In this document: piece by piece, positions 1 through 13,071 of the stretch | Layout of the letters: each line of letters starts with the position of its first letter | Position numbering within the stretch: the stretch's first letter is position 1 | Assembly (NCBI RefSeq): GCF_009914755.1 | Contig: NC_060936.1 | Strand: one strand, 5' to 3' | From: the human T2T-CHM13v2.0 reference genome, Homo sapiens | Length of the DNA stretch: 64,000 bases | The notes under the pieces: generated by a model | The model's database searches: none | What the model was told of the DNA's origin: nothing | What the model saw: the letters and a program-made list of their open reading frames with translations, nothing else | Position numbers and translations under genes: made by a program

Positions 1-98
1 CCAAATTCACATATTGAAGAAGATCAAAGCAAACTGTGATCCATGTACATGGATGAAAACTAAAGGCTCGAGTTAATCACATTGTAGTTTTTAAATTT

Positions 99-122
99 CT
101 ACAGCCTAGAGCTCACTAGTCA
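99..122 (-). CDS. LDHB: Stop-codon readthrough extension of LDHB (LDHBx): X-L-V-S-S-R-L-stop, PTS1
   Basis: Minus strand reads TGA CTA GTG AGC TCT AGG CTG TAG; UGA-CUAG readthrough motif and C-terminal SRL. Confidence 0.9.
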
Positions 123-287
123 CAGGTCTTTTAGGTCCTTCTGGATGTCCCACAGGGTATCTGCACTTTTCTTGAGCTGAGCAACCTCATCATCCTTTAG
201 CTTCTGGTTGATAACGCTGGTTAATCCCCGGGCATTGAGGATACATGGAAGGCTCAGGAAGACTTCATTCTCAATGCCATACATCCC
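120..287 (-). CDS. LDHB: LDHB exon 8 coding part (GMYGIENE...DLKDL*)
   Basis: CAG acceptor at 290-288; 55 codons plus TGA at 122-120. Confidence 0.97.
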   Translation of the reverse strand, partial: GMYGIENEVFLSLPCILNARGLTSVINQKLKDDEVAQLKKSADTLWDIQKDLKDL

Positions 288-346
288 CTGCCAGAACAAC
301 AAAGCATCGAGATTAAGACATGAAACTGTAAGTAAAAATGATCAAA

Positions 347-470
347 GACAGGAGGCTGAGGTGGGAGGACTGTTTGAGCCCAGGAGTTTGAAGCTTCAGT
401 GAGCTATGACAGCGGTACTACTCTCCAGCCTGGGTGACAGAGCAAGAACTAATCTCTAAAGGGGGGAAAA
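347..470 (+). mobile_element. Alu right-monomer fragment (old, AluJ/FRAM-like)
   Basis: GGAGGCTGAGGTGGGAGGA...CTCCAGCCTGGGTGACAGAGC. Confidence 0.75.
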
Positions 471-1648
471 AAGAGAATAATCAAAGGTCCGATGTTCCAA
501 CAGAAAGAATTGTAGAAAACTTGATAGGCCTGAACTCATTCCCTAATCTAATTTTCATCACTTACAGGTCCACATTTCCCCAATACTTATGTTTTGAATT
601 AGGTTTTATACATAGAATATGCAAACATACACTATGAGAAAATTAGATATTTGTAAGTAACAAGTACTTATTTAATTTTATTATATATGTATTTTATTGA
701 ACACTGCTCTATTTAAATACACTTTAATAAATTTTGATATATGAGTCTTCAAATTAAATTGCTTTTAATTGTGGTTCTTAATGGATTACTTTCTATGAAA
801 TTTTAAGTTGCTTAAAGACTTTTAGTTAGGAAGAAATTTCAGGTGGTAGCCAACTTATGAGGTCCTGGGTAATAGTTAGAGACCATTAAAAGGCAAGATG
901 CTTGGAATACCCAAGAATTGCTAAAAAAAAAAAAAAAAATACAATTTCCAAAACACTTTACCAGTTCGTGTGGGTAATTTATTCACAGGGTCAATTTAAC
1001 TATATAACTAATTATATTAAACATACCTTAATGTCAGTTTTTAAACTTTTAATTTCAAAAATTTTGTACATACACAAAAGTAGATAGAATAAACAAATTC
1101 CTATGTATGTACCCAAAGACTCAGTAATTACCCAATTATTGACACACTTGATTTACACTGACTTGTGGAAAATGAGTCAGTTGTCTTACAAAATATTTTA
1201 ATATAATTTTAGTTTTGTTTAAAAAATCATTAATTTCTACCTGTTTTGTGCATTTGCTCCATAGCTTTTGAATTAAACTGTATTTGCTAAGGTATCAAGT
1301 GCTATATGAAAGGCAATCTAGAGTTTAGTACATCAACTTTAAATGAAACTCTATTACACTTATTCAAATGATCAATACTTTAAGAATGTGCTAAGATTCA
1401 GAGTTAATATTTAATTTGCAAAATTATATAAAGAATGACAACAATCTATTGAATGTCTTAGATTCTCTAAGTTTTCTGCCCTTGCTGTCCAAGACTTCTG
1501 TTGGAAAATGAGAATAGTTTACATAAAACTTTGAGAGACAGAAATAACCTTGAACTATGATTTTATCTGGTCTGAGCCTCTTTAAATGAATCTTTTTGTA
1601 GAATACAATGCTAGAAATCATATTACATTTTGTGGTAGTTTGTCTTAC

Positions 1649-1772
1649 CTTTACCATTGTTGACACGGGATGAATCCTGGATAGATTTTTCAACATGGAT
1701 TCAATAAGATCAGCCACACTTAATCCAATAGCCCAGTTGGTATATCCTTTTAGCTTGATGACTTCATAGGCA
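1649..1772 (-). CDS. LDHB: LDHB exon 7 (AYEVIKLKG...STMVK)
   Basis: TTTTAAG acceptor, AAG|GTAAGA donor; 124 nt. Confidence 0.97.
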
Positions 1773-2931
1773 CTTAAAAAAATTATAAAAGACATCACTG
1801 AAATAAGACTCAATCATTATTGAAACCAGACCTGACTTTGACTACTGCTCTGTCTCTAACTATAATCTTGGGCAAATTATTTACCCTTTATTGCCTTAGT
1901 GTTCCCTTTTTGAGTGTTAAATGAATTAATATATATGTAAAATGCTTAAAACTGTAAGCACTACACAGTAAACACTATATAAATGCTTGATAACTTTAGT
2001 TTATTGTATAAGTTAAGATTTATAAAGTCACTGTGGCAAAAATATACATTTTCCAATCATTGTAACAAATCTGTAAACATATTTCCAAACACATAAAATC
2101 AGGAAACAATAAAAGTGAAAGAACAAAATATATCTCAATTGTAAGGTCCCACTTGCCACTGTCACCTAACATAATCAACTAACTAATAAAAGGGATAAGA
2201 GTATCTTGCCTGACAGTTTTTTCAGCACAAATTGTAGCTCTTAAAACCCATAAAGGCCCTGGTACTTGAGAAGCAGCAGGAGTAACTCTAGCTGAGTATT
2301 GGAAAATTAGGATTTAATGCAATTGACACCCAATCATTAGAAGACCTCGGACCAGTTACACTATCTGGGTGAGCCATAGTTTTCTCACTTGTAATATAAA
2401 GGTATATGTTAATTGAAATTATAAAGACTCTTTCAACTTTTTTAAGGTTCCTTTTCTCCACATATAGTTCAAATTCCTGAAAAAAAAAATTACTAAAATT
2501 GAACAAAATGATTCTATATTTGAGACATCAGTTAGTCTTGTTATTAAAACTTAAACACTGTTAGCAATCAGCAAGCAAGTTTATTTATTTGGGGCAATTA
2601 TGAAACCAATAGTTTCTAAGTTTACTTTTCTAAATAAATCAACCTTATTTGTTGAGAGGTGGCAATTTGAAGACTCTTCTCACTTGTTAATTCCACATTT
2701 TGCTCCTGTTACCTCTACAATAGAGTTTCTCTAGAGAAAATATTTACTTTCCCTAGGGAGACTGGCATAGCAAGTTTGACCAGTGTAAAAGTCTTATCAG
2801 TTTCAAAAGATAACAGCTGCATAATTACTACATTAAGAGTTTATCTGAGCAGACAGCCATGGAAAATGTTTATAATTTTATTTAAGTAGAGTTGAAATTA
2901 ATCATCTAAAATCAAGCTCCCTTTCACTTAC

Positions 2932-3049
2932 CTTTCAACCACCATCTTATGCACTTCCTTCCAATTTTCACTATCATTGTCAGTTCCCATTTCTGGATTC
3001 AATTCCTGGAGAGAAACACCTGCCACATTCACACCACTCCACACAGCCA
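2932..3049 (-). CDS. LDHB: LDHB exon 6 ([10 protein letters not shown]...HKMVVE/S)
   Basis: Read manually; poly-T plus CAG acceptor, AG|GTAAGT donor; 118 nt. Confidence 0.97.
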
Positions 3050-4020
3050 CTGTTTAAAAAAAAAAAAAAGACATTGCAGTTATTTCTTACATTATTTTTA
3101 AAAATATTTTCTTCTTTTAGTGCAATTTCACCTATGATGCAAATTACTGAATACCAACTGGAACTGCTCCAATAAGTGACTCTCCAGTAGATTCCAGTAT
3201 AGTTCCCCCAAAAGGCTGACGTTTGCCTTCAAATAGCAACATGTCTGACCTTTTAACTTTCAAGAATTTTAGTGCAAAGCAGAATTGCTGTGTCATAGTT
3301 ACAGAGAAAATAAAATTCTTTGCTTCTCTCTAGGTGTGTGAAATCACAGGGATTCTAGTTGGGGACTATGCTAAACTTTTGGTTTGAGGAATGTTTAACT
3401 TTTCTCCTCCATATTTTTCTAATATATGCTCCTTTATTCTACAGTAAAGAAAAAAAATCCTAGAATAAGACCCAAATAAAGCATAATTATGAAAGTGGGG
3501 TAAAAATTATAAATAAGGGTCTACTTAATTTAAAGGAGAAGAGTATCAGAAAGAACTACACAAAATGGGCCTTTGAATTGGACCTTAAAACCTAAGTTAT
3601 ATGTTCCTTGGAGACCTTTGGAGGAGTACATTGTAGACTCTGGAAATAGGAGCAAAAGTGTGGGGTAGAATCTACTATGACTGAAACAGATATGAAGGAA
3701 AAAGCTATTTAAAGCCAAATAAGATCCCCTATTAGTCTACAACTTCTGGCAAGTTAGGGTAATTAGATATTTTTACAATTTTGATGAAAATTATGAAATC
3801 TGCATAATCATGTCTAGTGAGCATGGTTTAATTCTCTTTCATTTTACGTACACAATATAGATCAACATGAAAAATTTTAAAAAGATGTTCTGGGAAAAAT
3901 AACAGCCATAATATAATAGAACATTGGACGGGAATCAGAAGACATAATTCTAGTGGTAGCTATGGCATTAACTAACTAAAAGTTCTTCAATAGCTACTTC
4001 ACCTACTTTGCCTTATTTTT

Positions 4021-4118
4021 TTTCTCACTAAAATTAAAGTCCTGAACTAGAGGATATGTAATATCACTTTTTCTCACTAAAATTAAAGTCCTGAACTAGA
4101 GGACATGTAATATCACTT
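4021..4118. repeat. 49-bp tandem duplication (2 copies, 1 mismatch)
   Basis: TTTCTCACTAAAATTAAAGTCCTGAACTAGAGGA(T/C)ATGTAATATCACTT x2. Confidence 0.9.
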
Positions 4119-5199
4119 CTATCACCTAGCAATGTATAACTACACCTAGCATTTACTGAACTTTTACTGTACACCTGACATTGTACTAAGTACTTTTTAC
4201 ATAGTACATAGGTGGCATAATTATCTTTATTTTATAGATGAGGAAACAGGTTCAGAGAAGTTAAGAACTTGCTAGTCACATTATCTTGTTAAGAAGGGAG
4301 AGCCAAGCTTAAAGTTATGGAGTTGACTTGCTAAAAACTTTCCATGCTCAAATTAATCTGATCAAGAGAGACACATAGGACCATTACAATTAACCAGACA
4401 AAAATTCAGACGAGTCCCTGGAGGTAAACAATTCTTGAATAAAGTGATATGTGTCAGAAAAAAGTCAGCATTCTTATATAAAAAATCAGAAATAAATTAT
4501 GCTACAACTTCAAGAACAAATTCTTATAGCACCAAGATAAACCCTTTACTAAAATTGCATTTCAAACTCCCACTGAATTCAAAGGAAGATTTATACTCTG
4601 AGCTTATTGGGAGAAAATAGTCCTTTACACAGGTGGCAGAAATGAATTTAGTAAAATAAAAATATTATTTATCATCATTATTATTAATAAAATATTTTAA
4701 ATTATTAGTTTCAATATTGGATTATTTTATTATTATTTTTTTGCCATGAGCTTATTCAATATATTGTGGTTTAATAAACAGATTTACATCTATGAAACAG
4801 AATCAAAATTGTTCAAAAACAGTTTTACATAAAATTGTTCAAAGAATAATTAATTTAAATGAGAAAAATATTAATTTAAAATAAAACATTTATAATATAG
4901 TTTTAAATTGTCTGAACACGAAGCACTAAAAAAGTGTAATGTGATTTTAATGTTGCTCTTTTTGAATTACTAATTTATGTACAATTCTTTACTTCAATTT
5001 AAGTTCCTAAAGAAACTATTTAGTTTTATCATACAGTCTCTTACTACTTAAATAATTGATAGTTATAATTAATAGTTTATTAAAAATAAGATTTCATTTG
5101 AGGTAAGGTTTATTTTACATTATAGAAGAGTAGATACAAGTTATTTATAAGCTTTTGTTACCTAACTCATTCCTCCTTCAGCAAATACAATGGATGTAA

Positions 5200-6470
5200 T
5201 AGCTCTGTCTACTCAAAGGGCCTAGAAGCAAAGATATACCAGTAGCACAAGCACACCTATGCCCTGATCCTGGTTTCTAACTACCATTCCTCACTAAAAG
5301 GAAACAGGGCTCATTAGGGAAACAGCTGATTCTAGTGCTGGGAAGGGGAAAGTTCAAAATGAGGCTGGTGCAATTTATTGTGCAAGACAGTGCTCAAAAA
5401 TGATGGGACATGTTAAAAAAAAAAAGACATAAGAGTCAGTTTGAAAAGCCTGGGACAACTTGAGCATTACAAATGATAGTGACACAATATTTTGGGCATG
5501 AGATAAAAATCCGAGGCCACATTGATATCAACAAATAAATAAAGAGGGAAGATGAAAAATTTCTGTCTTACAGTGGAATGCAACTAATACAGAATAAATG
5601 ATGGAATTAGTAGATCGTGTTTGACAACTATCATGGTAATTTATTCAACCACAAATCATTAATAGATGCTAAATTTAGCAGAGAAAAATTGATGAGGAGT
5701 CAGACATTTTCCTAGTCAGCATCAAAACATCTTCCCACAAATTACTCATAAATTACAAAGGAAAAGCAGTAACTTCACACAGAGTAACCTGGCAAAATAC
5801 AACCTTAACTGAGTTATCACAGTTAGTGTCACCAATTGTTGGCCACACTGACATTACATGCCTTTGGATGTGATGCCATGAGAAAACTATAGGGTCATTT
5901 CTGTGGTATTTGCACCAAAAGTTCATAGCTCAACCTAATGATAAAGAAACAATCAGACAAGTCTAAAATGATGGGCATTCCACAAAATAACTCACCTGAC
6001 TTTTCAAAAATGTCAAGATCATGAGAAACAGAGATAGACTGAGAAACTGTTCCAGAATGAAGGAGGCTAAGGATATATAGTAGATGTAATGTGTGAGCCT
6101 AGAATGGATTCTGAATTAGGAAAAAAGCTTTAGAGGACACTATTGAGACAGTTGATAACTTGTGAATAATGGACTCTGGATTAGATAATATTGTTTCAGG
6201 GTTACATTTCCTGATTTTGGGAAGTGTACTGTGGTTATGAAAAAGAAAATCTTTGTTTTGAGGAAATACACAGTAAAGAACTTAAGGAGAAAAAGGTGAG
6301 GGAATTGATTTATGCTTAATTGATCAAGGTAAAGATAGATGATAGGTAGATAGAGAGATGAGAGAGTAAATGATAAAGCAAAATGGAATAGAATAGAAAA
6401 GTAACTACTATTTTTGCAACTGTTCTTAAGTACATCAAAGTCTATAAAAATAAAATTTGAAATAAAATGA
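5200..6470 (+). mobile_element. Ancient L1M (L1ME/MC-like) 3' UTR fragment
   Basis: Degenerate L1M 3' motifs (e.g. GAGAAACTGTTCCAGAATGAAGGAGGCTAAGGA...TGGATTCTG); boundaries approximate. Confidence 0.55.
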
Positions 6471-6478
6471 AAAATTCA

Positions 6479-6754
<276 letters not shown>

Positions 6755-8511
6755 TTAGGCAGCTTGGGGTGCCCTGGCTTCCCTTTTCCCACTTCCCCAC
6801 TCCCCAAATGAGATGTGGCCAGAAAGATTAAAGTAAATACTTTAACTTTTCATTGTTAGAGATACCAGGAATGACAGTGACAAAAACAAACTTTTAAGCC
6901 TTATATGAAGATTGCAAGACATGAAAAATGCAATATTGTGCTTTTACATTTGCATTATTATGTGAAACAAGAATATTTAAGAACCTTGCAGATTAATTAA
7001 CTTAAAGTTGAAAAAAACAAAACAGGTTGAACCAGGTTGTCAGTTAAGTTTCCCCCAGTTGTAACATTCCATAATTATAATGATTGTCATCATAAACCAA
7101 GAAGCCTTTGATTACTAAACTACCAAATCTTGCTACCACAAATTTTTCTGGGCATGAGGTATTCTTCAGTAAACAACTGTGATAATACGTAGTATTAAAA
7201 ATTTCTATTTAATAAAAGAACATCTATGTCAGAACCTTTGCTCCAGCGTGGCATAGCCTTAAAACCACAGAGATAAAACTTTTGCTGATCCAGACAGGAT
7301 CACAGCACTTGCAGGCTAAGCTGTAAAAAGTAAAAAATGTGCACACAAGGAAGGTGAAGAGCTGAAAGTTAATCCTGCAGCCTCCACCCCCACACTAATC
7401 TGTAGACAATGGCTAAGATAATTCAAGGACATTTGGGACTGGATAACTTTTCCTTGCCAACTTTGATTCCATGGAAGTGACTCCCTGGAAAATCCAGCTG
7501 TGAAGCTATATGTAGAAAGTTGCATAATCATTTAGTGACGCCTGCCTGAGGCACAGGATGCAGTAACTTACTATGTGCTAGCTACTTGTCATTCCTATTC
7601 TACATCTACCTGGCACATATATATTTATGAGAAGTTTTATATGTAAGACTGAACCATTTAATAAACTCCAATCTTGGTTTGCGAAAGTAAAAATATGGAA
7701 ATAACCTCTGTCCTTGCTGGCTCTCAACTCTCAATACTCAAGATACTGTGGGGATTCCCCTAGCTCTTATTCACAGTGTTTCTCTATGGGAAGTGTGAGA
7801 GATAATCAGTCCAGTTTCTTTACTATTTTCTCAATGTACCTGCTATGCTCACCAACATGCAGTAATTTTGGTGGCAAACTATAGATAAAAGCAGTATATC
7901 AAATAGAGCATATTTTAGCTGTTAAGGCTAAAAAAGTGCATTCTTTCTAGTCAGAAGGTTTAATGTTCATCCTGTAGATGTCAAGTTAGCAAGGAAAGCA
8001 ATTTTTAAGTCAGAGCATTTGGTGTTAGCATATATTTGTCCATCAATTCAGTCTATTTCTATCTTTAAAACAGAATTGTTTAATGGCTTTCTTATATGCT
8101 TCTTTTCAAAGTTGATCTGTTTCAATTCTGTATAATGGGATTTTCCAGAAAATAAAAGGTCAAATATGTCAAAATGTTTCTTACAAATTGAAACTATGTT
8201 CGAATGCTTCATTCTCCATCCCAGGATAATCTTTATAAAAAAGTTTTAAAAGCCTTCAGAATCTATAACCAAGCCAGATGAAGCAAAAACATGAAATTGC
8301 TTTAGCTAAAACTCTTGTCACATTTTTTGAACATCTGGCCTGGGACAGAGGCATTTGTTTTGCAAACACCACTATTTAGGGCCAATGAAAGAAGACATGT
8401 AAACTGCTTCTGTAAATGAATACTGGGACTGATTTTAGTCCAAAACAATAACAACAAAAACACCAAAACACTGAACTTAACAGAACAGAGACTTAAAGTA
8501 TACAATAATAC

Positions 8512-8685
8512 CTGGGTTGGAAACCACAATTATGATGCAATCAGGACTGTACTTGACGATCTGAGGAATAATGAATTTGAAGACATTAACATTTCTCTGC
8601 ACCAGATTGAGCCGACTCTCCCCTTCTTGCTGACGGACTCCTGCAGTTACCACTACAATCTTAGAATTGGCGGTCACAGAATAAT
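8512..8685 (-). CDS. LDHB: LDHB exon 4 (YSVTANSK...VVSNP/V)
   Basis: TTTAAAG acceptor, CAG|GTATTA donor; 174 nt; encodes the active-site loop RQQEGESR. Confidence 0.97.
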
Positions 8686-9529
8686 CTTTAAAAAGAAAAG
8701 CAAAAACAGGTACTTTAAATGCAACTCTTCATTATAACATAACCTATATGACATGCTCTAAAAGCCTAACCATACATAAGCTTCTAGAACATATACGTGA
8801 ATTAAGTTTTCTGTATTGTAAGGGCTTGAAGTTTAATGTTCCTGTGGCTTCTTTTTTCTCCCTTGAGCTACACTGCAATAATCCAAACATCAAACTGCCT
8901 CAGAAAATAAAGATGACCCGAAAGTATATTTTTGGCTATGAATTCAATGAATTGTCAGGAATAAAATGAAGTGTAAACAGTGACTCCAATAGGTAGACAT
9001 CAAAAAAAAAAAAACAAAAAAAAAAACAAAAAAAAAAAACAAAAACCAATTTTAAGTTACTTTTATCTTAAAAAGTTAAAATTTAGGAAGGGAAGGAAGG
9101 CAGTGAAGTGTTTGGTTTTGTCTGGAAACTAAAACTTGGATTTCTAATACTCAATATTTTTAGGAAGCTTATTTGCTTTTTAGCGCTGCAAGTTTCCCTG
9201 GAGATTTGATTTTTTTCTTAAGGAAGTGTGTCCTTTTTCGAAATATACAGATATTGCGATTTGATGTGATCATTTGACTCAACAGCTATGGATGATTCAC
9301 ATAATTAAACTGGGTTACAGTGCGGCTTTTGATGATTGGTAATACTTTGTAAGGTTCCTCTCCCATAAAATGGCAGTAATTATAGTCCCTACATTTCATA
9401 AGGTTGTTGCAAAGATGAAGTCAGATGAAATAATATGTGCAAAATGTTTCACACAGTACCCAGAATGTTAAAAATTTATAAATAATAGCTATTATTTAGT
9501 TTCTTCAAGGCATTGAAATTACTTTGTAC

Positions 9530-10524
9530 TGTGGGGAAAAGAAAGAGAGATCAGACTGTTACTGTGTCTGTGTAGAAAGAAGTAGACATTAAGAGACTCC
9601 ATTTTGTTCTGTACTAAGAAAAATTCTTCTGCCTTGAGATGCTGTTAATCTGTAACCCTACCCCCACCCCTGCGCTCCCTGAAACATGTGCTGTGTCAAC
9701 TCAGGGTTAAATGGATTAAGGGCTGTGCAGGATGTGCTTTGTTAAACAAATGCTTGAAGGCACATGCTTGTTAAGAGTCATCACCACTCCCTAATCTCAA
9801 GTACCCAGAGACACAGTACACTACGGAAGGCCAGGCCGCAGGGACCTCTGCCTAGGAAAGCCAGGTATTGTCCAAGGTTTCTCCCCACGTGATAGTCTGA
9901 AATATGGCCTCGTGGGAAGGGAAAGACCTGACTGTGGGAAGGGAAAGACCTGACTGTCCCCCAGCCCGACACTGGTAAAGGGTCTGTGCCGAGGAGGATT
10001 AGTAAAAGAGGAAGTCCTCTTTGCAGTTGAGGTAAGAGGAAGGCATCTGTCTCCTGCTCGTCCCTGGGCAATGGAATGTCTCAGTGTAAAACCCGATTGT
10101 ATATTCCATCTACTGAGATAGGAGAACACTGCCTTAGGGCTGGAGGTGGGACATGCTGGCAGCAATACTGCCCTTTAAGGCATTGAGATGTTTATGTATA
10201 TGCACATCAAAAGCACAGCACTTTTTTCTTTACCTTGTTTATGATGCAGAGACATTTGTTCACATATTTTCCTGCTGACCTTCTCTCCACTATTACCCTA
10301 TTGTCCAGCCACATCCCCCTCTCCGAGATACGCCCGATAATGATCAATAAATACTAAGGGAACTCAGAGACTGGTGCCGGCGTGGGTCCTCCGTATGCTG
10401 AGTGCCGGTTCCCTCGGCCCACTTTTTCTTTCTCTATACTTTGTCTCCGTGTCTCTTTTCTCCAGTCTCTCGTTCCACCCGACGAGAAATGCCCACAAGG
10501 GTGGAGAGGCAGGCCACCCCTTCA
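9530..10524 (+). mobile_element. Solo LTR5 (HERV-K HML-2; LTR5A/B-like) in LDHB intron 3, antisense to the gene
   Basis: Starts TGTGGGGAAAAGAAAGAGAGATCAGA, ends GGCCACCCCTTCA; perfect 6-bp TSD TTGTAC (9524-9529, 10525-10530); AATAAA near 10345. Confidence 0.95.
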
Positions 10525-11491
10525 TTGTACCAATACTTTTGGGGTCTAAAACATGCTAGTTCTCAGATACATATAAACAAGGCATTATAATACAATAGCC
10601 CAAAATGTTACATATCAAATGTGTAGAAGGTCTGTGGGAGAGGGTTAATGTAAGTGATACTTGAGTTTAACCTTAAGGATAAACTGGACCCAGATGAAAA
10701 GAAACTGCCAACACCAGATTCACCAGGATGGGAAGACTAATTTTATAACAGACTGAGGGAGGAGAGGAGAATGATGAGCCACGAGGAAATGCAGGTTATA
10801 TCTAAATTGAGAGCTGTGCAGGCCCTGCCAGAGGTTTTAGAATACAGACAAAGGTTTATAAAAAGATAAGAAATCTTTAAAGAAAAGAATGCATTCAAAC
10901 TTTCATTTTAGGGAAAGCATCTGTTTTAGGATAAAGATAACTAGTGTGGCAGTGTGGAGTGTGGAATACATAACCATTTTCTACATACACTTCCAATGGG
11001 AAAATGTCAATTTGCTATGTGTACATTTTAGCAGTAGCAATGAGTTTCTAGAAACGGATGAAAGAAAATTGGCCTATAGAAGAAACGTGGTAAAATAAGC
11101 CAAACAATGCGATAAATCCAATTTGTTATTTCCTGTTAGTGACATATCAGTGATCACTTATGGCTAGCAAACTCATTTTAGGTAGCTGTCCATTAATAAG
11201 TGAATATAAAATATTTGAGAAATAAAAAGTAGAATACAGTAGAGAAATAAGAGCTTTTTATAAAATGAGGAAAAAGAGGGAAACATTTTATAATTATATA
11301 ACAATTTTGCAATAATCTGAATTTGCTAAACTACATTATAAATATCTTATTAACAGTTATTGAAATAACTGTTCCAAAACTTCAACCTTTCCTACTTACA
11401 AATAAATCTATTATGCTGTAAGATGCATTCCAAATGTGTTTTGGGGCCATGAAAAAAATATTAGATCACTTTGGGCATTAAGTGAAATTAC

Positions 11492-11609
11492 CTTTATCTG
11501 CCACAATTTTAGGTGTCTGAAGAAATAAGCTCCCATGCTGCAGATCCATCATTTCTCCTTTAAGCTTATCTTCCAAAACATCCACAAGAGCAAGTTCATC
11601 AGCCAGAGA
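11492..11609 (-). CDS. LDHB: LDHB exon 3 ([40 protein letters not shown])
   Basis: Read manually (absent from ORF track); CAG acceptor, G|GTAATT donor; 118 nt. Confidence 0.97.
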
Positions 11610-12282
11610 CTGTAAACGCAAAAACAGGCATTAGAACCCTAAGCCACTCTAGGATGCCTCAGCTCACAATCTAACCCAAAGAAAGATCTTTAACATGGCT
11701 AAGCACCAAAGATCTAAACATCTTGAGAATTTTACCATGGAGTTAGATACTCAATGAGGATTCAGTTCACATGATACAAACTATACTTTAAGAACATGTA
11801 GACTTAAAGATTCATTAGGAAACCAGCTTAGTTCAAGAGTAGGCCTAGTGAATACAAGTCTATATTAATGGAGAGGGAATGGTGAAAACAAAAATACACT
11901 CAGGCCCAGAAACAACCTTGGGCAATGTGTCCATCCTTGAGGTCACCCCAATTTGGAGGCTTTCTGAGATGGTAGATTTGGCTTAAATCACCAGGAGTGT
12001 GAGTTTACTTTAGAGTAGGATTTGAAACCCAGGTTGAAGCTTGGAATCTTCAGGGTGGCTCTGATCCACTCAAATGTCTTGGTGGGGAAAGGAAGATGAG
12101 TTTTATGGACAGAGGAATCTAGGATTGGGAGGTTTTTTCATGTGATCACTCCAAATCTGTGCCTGAGACTTGCCCAGTCTCAGATTTCTTTTGTTTTCTA
12201 TTCCAATTGTCATTCTCTGTCCCCCATTCAAAATACAATCTAAAGCAATGAATATACTATTTAATCTTGATCTGGAGTCATA

Positions 12283-12572
12283 TTTTTTTTTGAGATGAAG
12301 TCTCGCTCCGTTGCCGAGGCTGGAGTGTAGTGGTGCAATCTCGGCTCACTGCAGCCTCCGCCCACTGCAATCTCCACCTCCTGTGTGATTTTCCAGCCTC
12401 AGCCTCCTGAGTAGCTGGGATTACAGGTACATGCCACCACACCCAGCTAATTTTTGTATTTTTAGTAGAGATGGGGTTTTGCCATGTTGCCAAGGCTGGT
12501 ATCGAAATCCTGACCTCAGTTGATCCACCCGCCCCGGCCTCCCAAAATGCTGGAATAGGCAGTGCTGGGCCT
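12283..12572 (-). mobile_element. AluS element
   Basis: Poly-T followed by reverse-complement Alu dimer. Confidence 0.9.
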
Positions 12573-12844
12573 GGAATCATAATTTTTTAAATTTTCTCAA
12601 TATCTACATAAAAGTGAAAGAAAGGAAAAAAAAAGGTGGTTGGTCTACATGCATCTAAGCAACCTTTCAGCTATGAAATTCCATTATCTTATGGAAGTCA
12701 TAATTTATAAACTGTTTATAAAGTGGTTATCCCTCCTATTGAAACATCACCAGAGTCCTTGCTCTTACTGTTTTTATGGCTGTTAGCAAAAATATCAGCT
12801 AAGTAGAATACATCAATACTGGGGCCCAGTTAAAAATGCCAATA

Positions 12845-13071
12845 CAGTCATTCCTCAATATACGATACTCAAGGGATTGGTTCTAGGACCTCTGAGTGTA
12901 CCAAAATCTGGGCATAATCAAGTATACAGAAAGGACAGTATTCACCGGATGCAAAAGACTCTCCATATATGTGGGTTTCGCATCCCCTGAATACTGTATT
13001 TTCAATATATTTTTGGTTGAAAAAAAAAATCTGCCTGTAAGTGAACCGGCCCATGTTGTTCAAGGGTCAAC
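12845..13071 (+). mobile_element. MER2 (Tigger-family) DNA transposon relic
   Basis: CAGTCATTCCTC...GGATTGGTTCTAGGACC start; CCCATGTTGTTCAAGGGTCAAC end. Confidence 0.75.

Noticed and set aside
12278-12580. Alu-derived ORFs (also 22783, 28125, 29112, 30229, 33626, 44960, 48296, 51395, 53612)
   Set aside because: Typical Alu translations (e.g. [17 protein letters not shown]); not genes
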